Source: the human T2T-CHM13v2.0 reference genome, Homo sapiens
Strand: one strand, 5' to 3'
DNA length: 64,000 nt
Assembly (NCBI RefSeq): GCF_009914755.1
Contig: NC_060934.1
The notes below the pieces were generated by a model. That model made no database searches, was not told the origin of the DNA, and saw only the letters and a program-made list of their open reading frames with translations. This document shows positions 61,070 to 64,000 of this stretch, piece by piece. The translations under genes were made by a program, and so were the position numbers. Every line of letters begins with the position of its first letter. Positions within the stretch are counted from its first letter, which is position 1.

Positions 61070-61545
61070 ATTTTTAAAATAACAGTTTTATGGAGATAAT
61101 TCACATACCATGCCATTTGGCCATATAAAGTATACAATTCAGTGGTTTTTAATATAGTCACAGAGTTGTACAACTATCACCACAATAATTTTAGAACATG
61201 TTCATCACTCCAAAAATAAATCTCATTGGCGGCCACTCCTCATTTTCCCATAGTGCCTGGCAGCCATTAATCTGTTTTCTACCTCTATAGATTTGTCTTT
61301 TCTAAACATTTCATATAAATGGAGTCATACAATATGTGGTCCTTGGTGACTAGCTTCTTTCACTTACAATGTTTTCAAGGTTCATCCATGCTGAAGCACA
61401 TATCAGTATTCCATTTCCTTTTATTGCCATGTAATATTCCACTTTCTGGATTACCATATGACAAAATACTATACTTTGTGTTTGTCAGTTGATAGATGTT
61501 TGGGTTGTTTCTACTTTTTCCTGTTAATGAAAAAATATGCTATAA
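61070..61545 (-). mobile_element. L1MB-like 3' end
   Basis: GAGATAATTCACATACCAT...AGTATACAATTCAGTGG...TTTCATATAAATGGAGTCATACAATATGTGG. Confidence 0.85.
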
Positions 61546-62040
61546 TTGTATAATAGTCAAAGACGAGAAATAACCAGTTGTCTTTGAGTAGACAAATGAT
61601 TAAACAAATAATGATACAGCCATACCATAGAATAGCATTCAACAGTAAAAAGGAACAAATTATTGATATGACAGCCTCCACAAATGTTCAGTAAATGATT
61701 GAGTGAAAAAAGCCAATCCCCAAAGGTTTTATATGTTGCATATTTTCATTTGTATAATATTCTTTAAATGACAATTATAGCAATAGAGAATGGATTAGTG
61801 GTTGCTGCTGATTAAGGAGGGAGTGGAAATGGGCATTGCTATTAAAGGGCAGCATGCGGAGTACTTCTGGTGATGGAAATAATCTCCTTCTTGACTATAT
61901 TACTGTCAGTGTGCTGGTTGTGATACTGTAATATAGTTTTGCAATGTGTTGCCATTGGGAGAAACTGGGGAAAAGGGCATAAGGGATGTCTGTGTTATTT
62001 ATTATAGATTATTATATAAAAATATTTTTTTGGAAAAAAA
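61546..62040 (+). mobile_element. L1MC/L1MD-like 3' region
   Basis: GAGTGAAAAAAGCCAATCCCCAAAGGTT...CTGGTTGTGATACTGTA...TTGCCATTGGGAGAAACTGGG. Confidence 0.8.
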
Positions 62041-62149
62041 CAATACTCAGTTGGCTCTTTCAGCATTCTACCTAGAAATCTTAGTGAGCTCCACATTCGT
62101 TAAGCATGTTTTCTAGTTTTCAAGTTAACACATTCTTGTTAGTTTGTGC

Positions 62150-62728
62150 TCTCATTATGCAACATAACCCTCTCTCCAGTCTCCAGTAGCAGTCTCCTCA
62201 CTGCCTTGTCAGCCTCCACTAATAGCCTCCCCACTGCCTAGGCCCCAGAGCTAATGCCAGGTTTTCAGTTTTTGTTATTACAGCACCAGTAACACCAGTT
62301 TTCACTTTAGTTATCTGTTGCTGTGTGAAAAACAGAAACAACAACAAAAACAAAGCTTTGTGTGTTTAACAATTTATTATTTCTCATGATTCTGTATGTT
62401 GACTGAGTAGCACCTTACCTGCTTTTACCTGGACTCATTCATGTTGCGATAGTTAGCTGGGGGGGGTCTGCTGGGAACCTGGCTTACTGGGGACAGCTGG
62501 GCCTCTTTCTCCTCATTTTTCATTATGGGCTTCTTCATGGTGTGGCAGCTGCACGACCCTCAAAGTGTATAATGTCACTTCAGCCACATTGTTTTAGTCA
62601 AAGCAAATCACAAGTCCAAACCAGATTTAAGGGATAGGAAAATAGTCTCTACTTCTTAGTGGAAAAAGTAGATCGCAGGGAAGCATGGAAGAATTCTTGA
62701 GGCCGTCTTTGAAAAACGATGTACCACA
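62150..62728 (-). mobile_element. MLT1 (G/H-like) LTR from about 62305, plus adjacent internal sequence
   Basis: TTAGTTATCTGTTGCTG...GTCAAAGCAAATCACAAG...TACCACA; MLT1-int-like TTGTTATTACAGCACC on the left. Confidence 0.7.
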
Positions 62729-63309
62729 GAGCCCAAATCAGGAGTCCAGCTCATCTAGAGGCATCTAACAGGTAACTCAGGTGGAAAGGGCTCTACAAGT
62801 GGACCTGAATACAAGCAACCCAGATTGTAAGATAGGCAAGAATGGCACTAGCAGTGCTGGTGAGCTCAGAATTGAACATAGGGGTATTTTTCTCAGTCTG
62901 TGAACACTTTGGGTTAATTTGATAATGAACAGCTTTACAAAATACATGGTATGAGCATATGTCAGATACTGTTTAAGTATATTAACAGTTATACAATGTT
63001 ACTACCTCTGTTACTTTGAGTTTTGAGGGTTCTTATATTAATCTAAGTGGATTGGGAATATAGCTTTCATATGTATGACTGTTTTTGTTTAATAGCTCAG
63101 GTATTGTTTGGGGGTTTTCTTTTTGTAAGTGTGTTTTGTATCCTATCTTACCTGTGAGCAAACTTTTAAAAATTCTTTGGTGAGGAAAGAACATGGTATA
63201 CTATAAAATTCAGGAGGGCCCTGAAAATTGTGGTATTAATATTTTCCTTTGACTGTGTTGAGATTGGATTTGTCTTATATTGGATTAATGTTTATGTATA
63301 TATTTTGGA

Positions 63310-64000
<691 letters not shown>

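Overview
Primate (most likely human) genomic DNA: AT-rich, CpG-depleted, no CpG island. I recognise no protein-coding exon, RNA gene or processed pseudogene. It reads like the interior of one very long intron. Splice-like signals and an apparent T>A / G>C skew suggest a + strand host, which I cannot name. The supportable features are mostly transposon relics: about 27 Alus (J, S, Y; several nested or tandem, most with target-site duplications, TSDs), a full-length THE1 provirus with TSD, MST and MLT1 LTRs, an L1PA/PB 3' fragment, old L1M/L2/MIR pieces, and DNA transposons (Tigger3, MER2, MER1B, MER5, MER8). The longer supplied ORFs mostly derive from repeats and I accept none as a gene. The most interesting observations are: an L1 with an apparent 3' transduction downstream of its mutated poly(A) signal; a tail-less, TSD-flanked Alu fragment; three independent insertions into the same MIR-core motif; and candidate alternative first exons or microexons in repeat-poor blocks near 24, 27 and 41-44 kb. 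I found no convincing novel multi-gene system. Subfamily calls are by eye from remembered consensus features.
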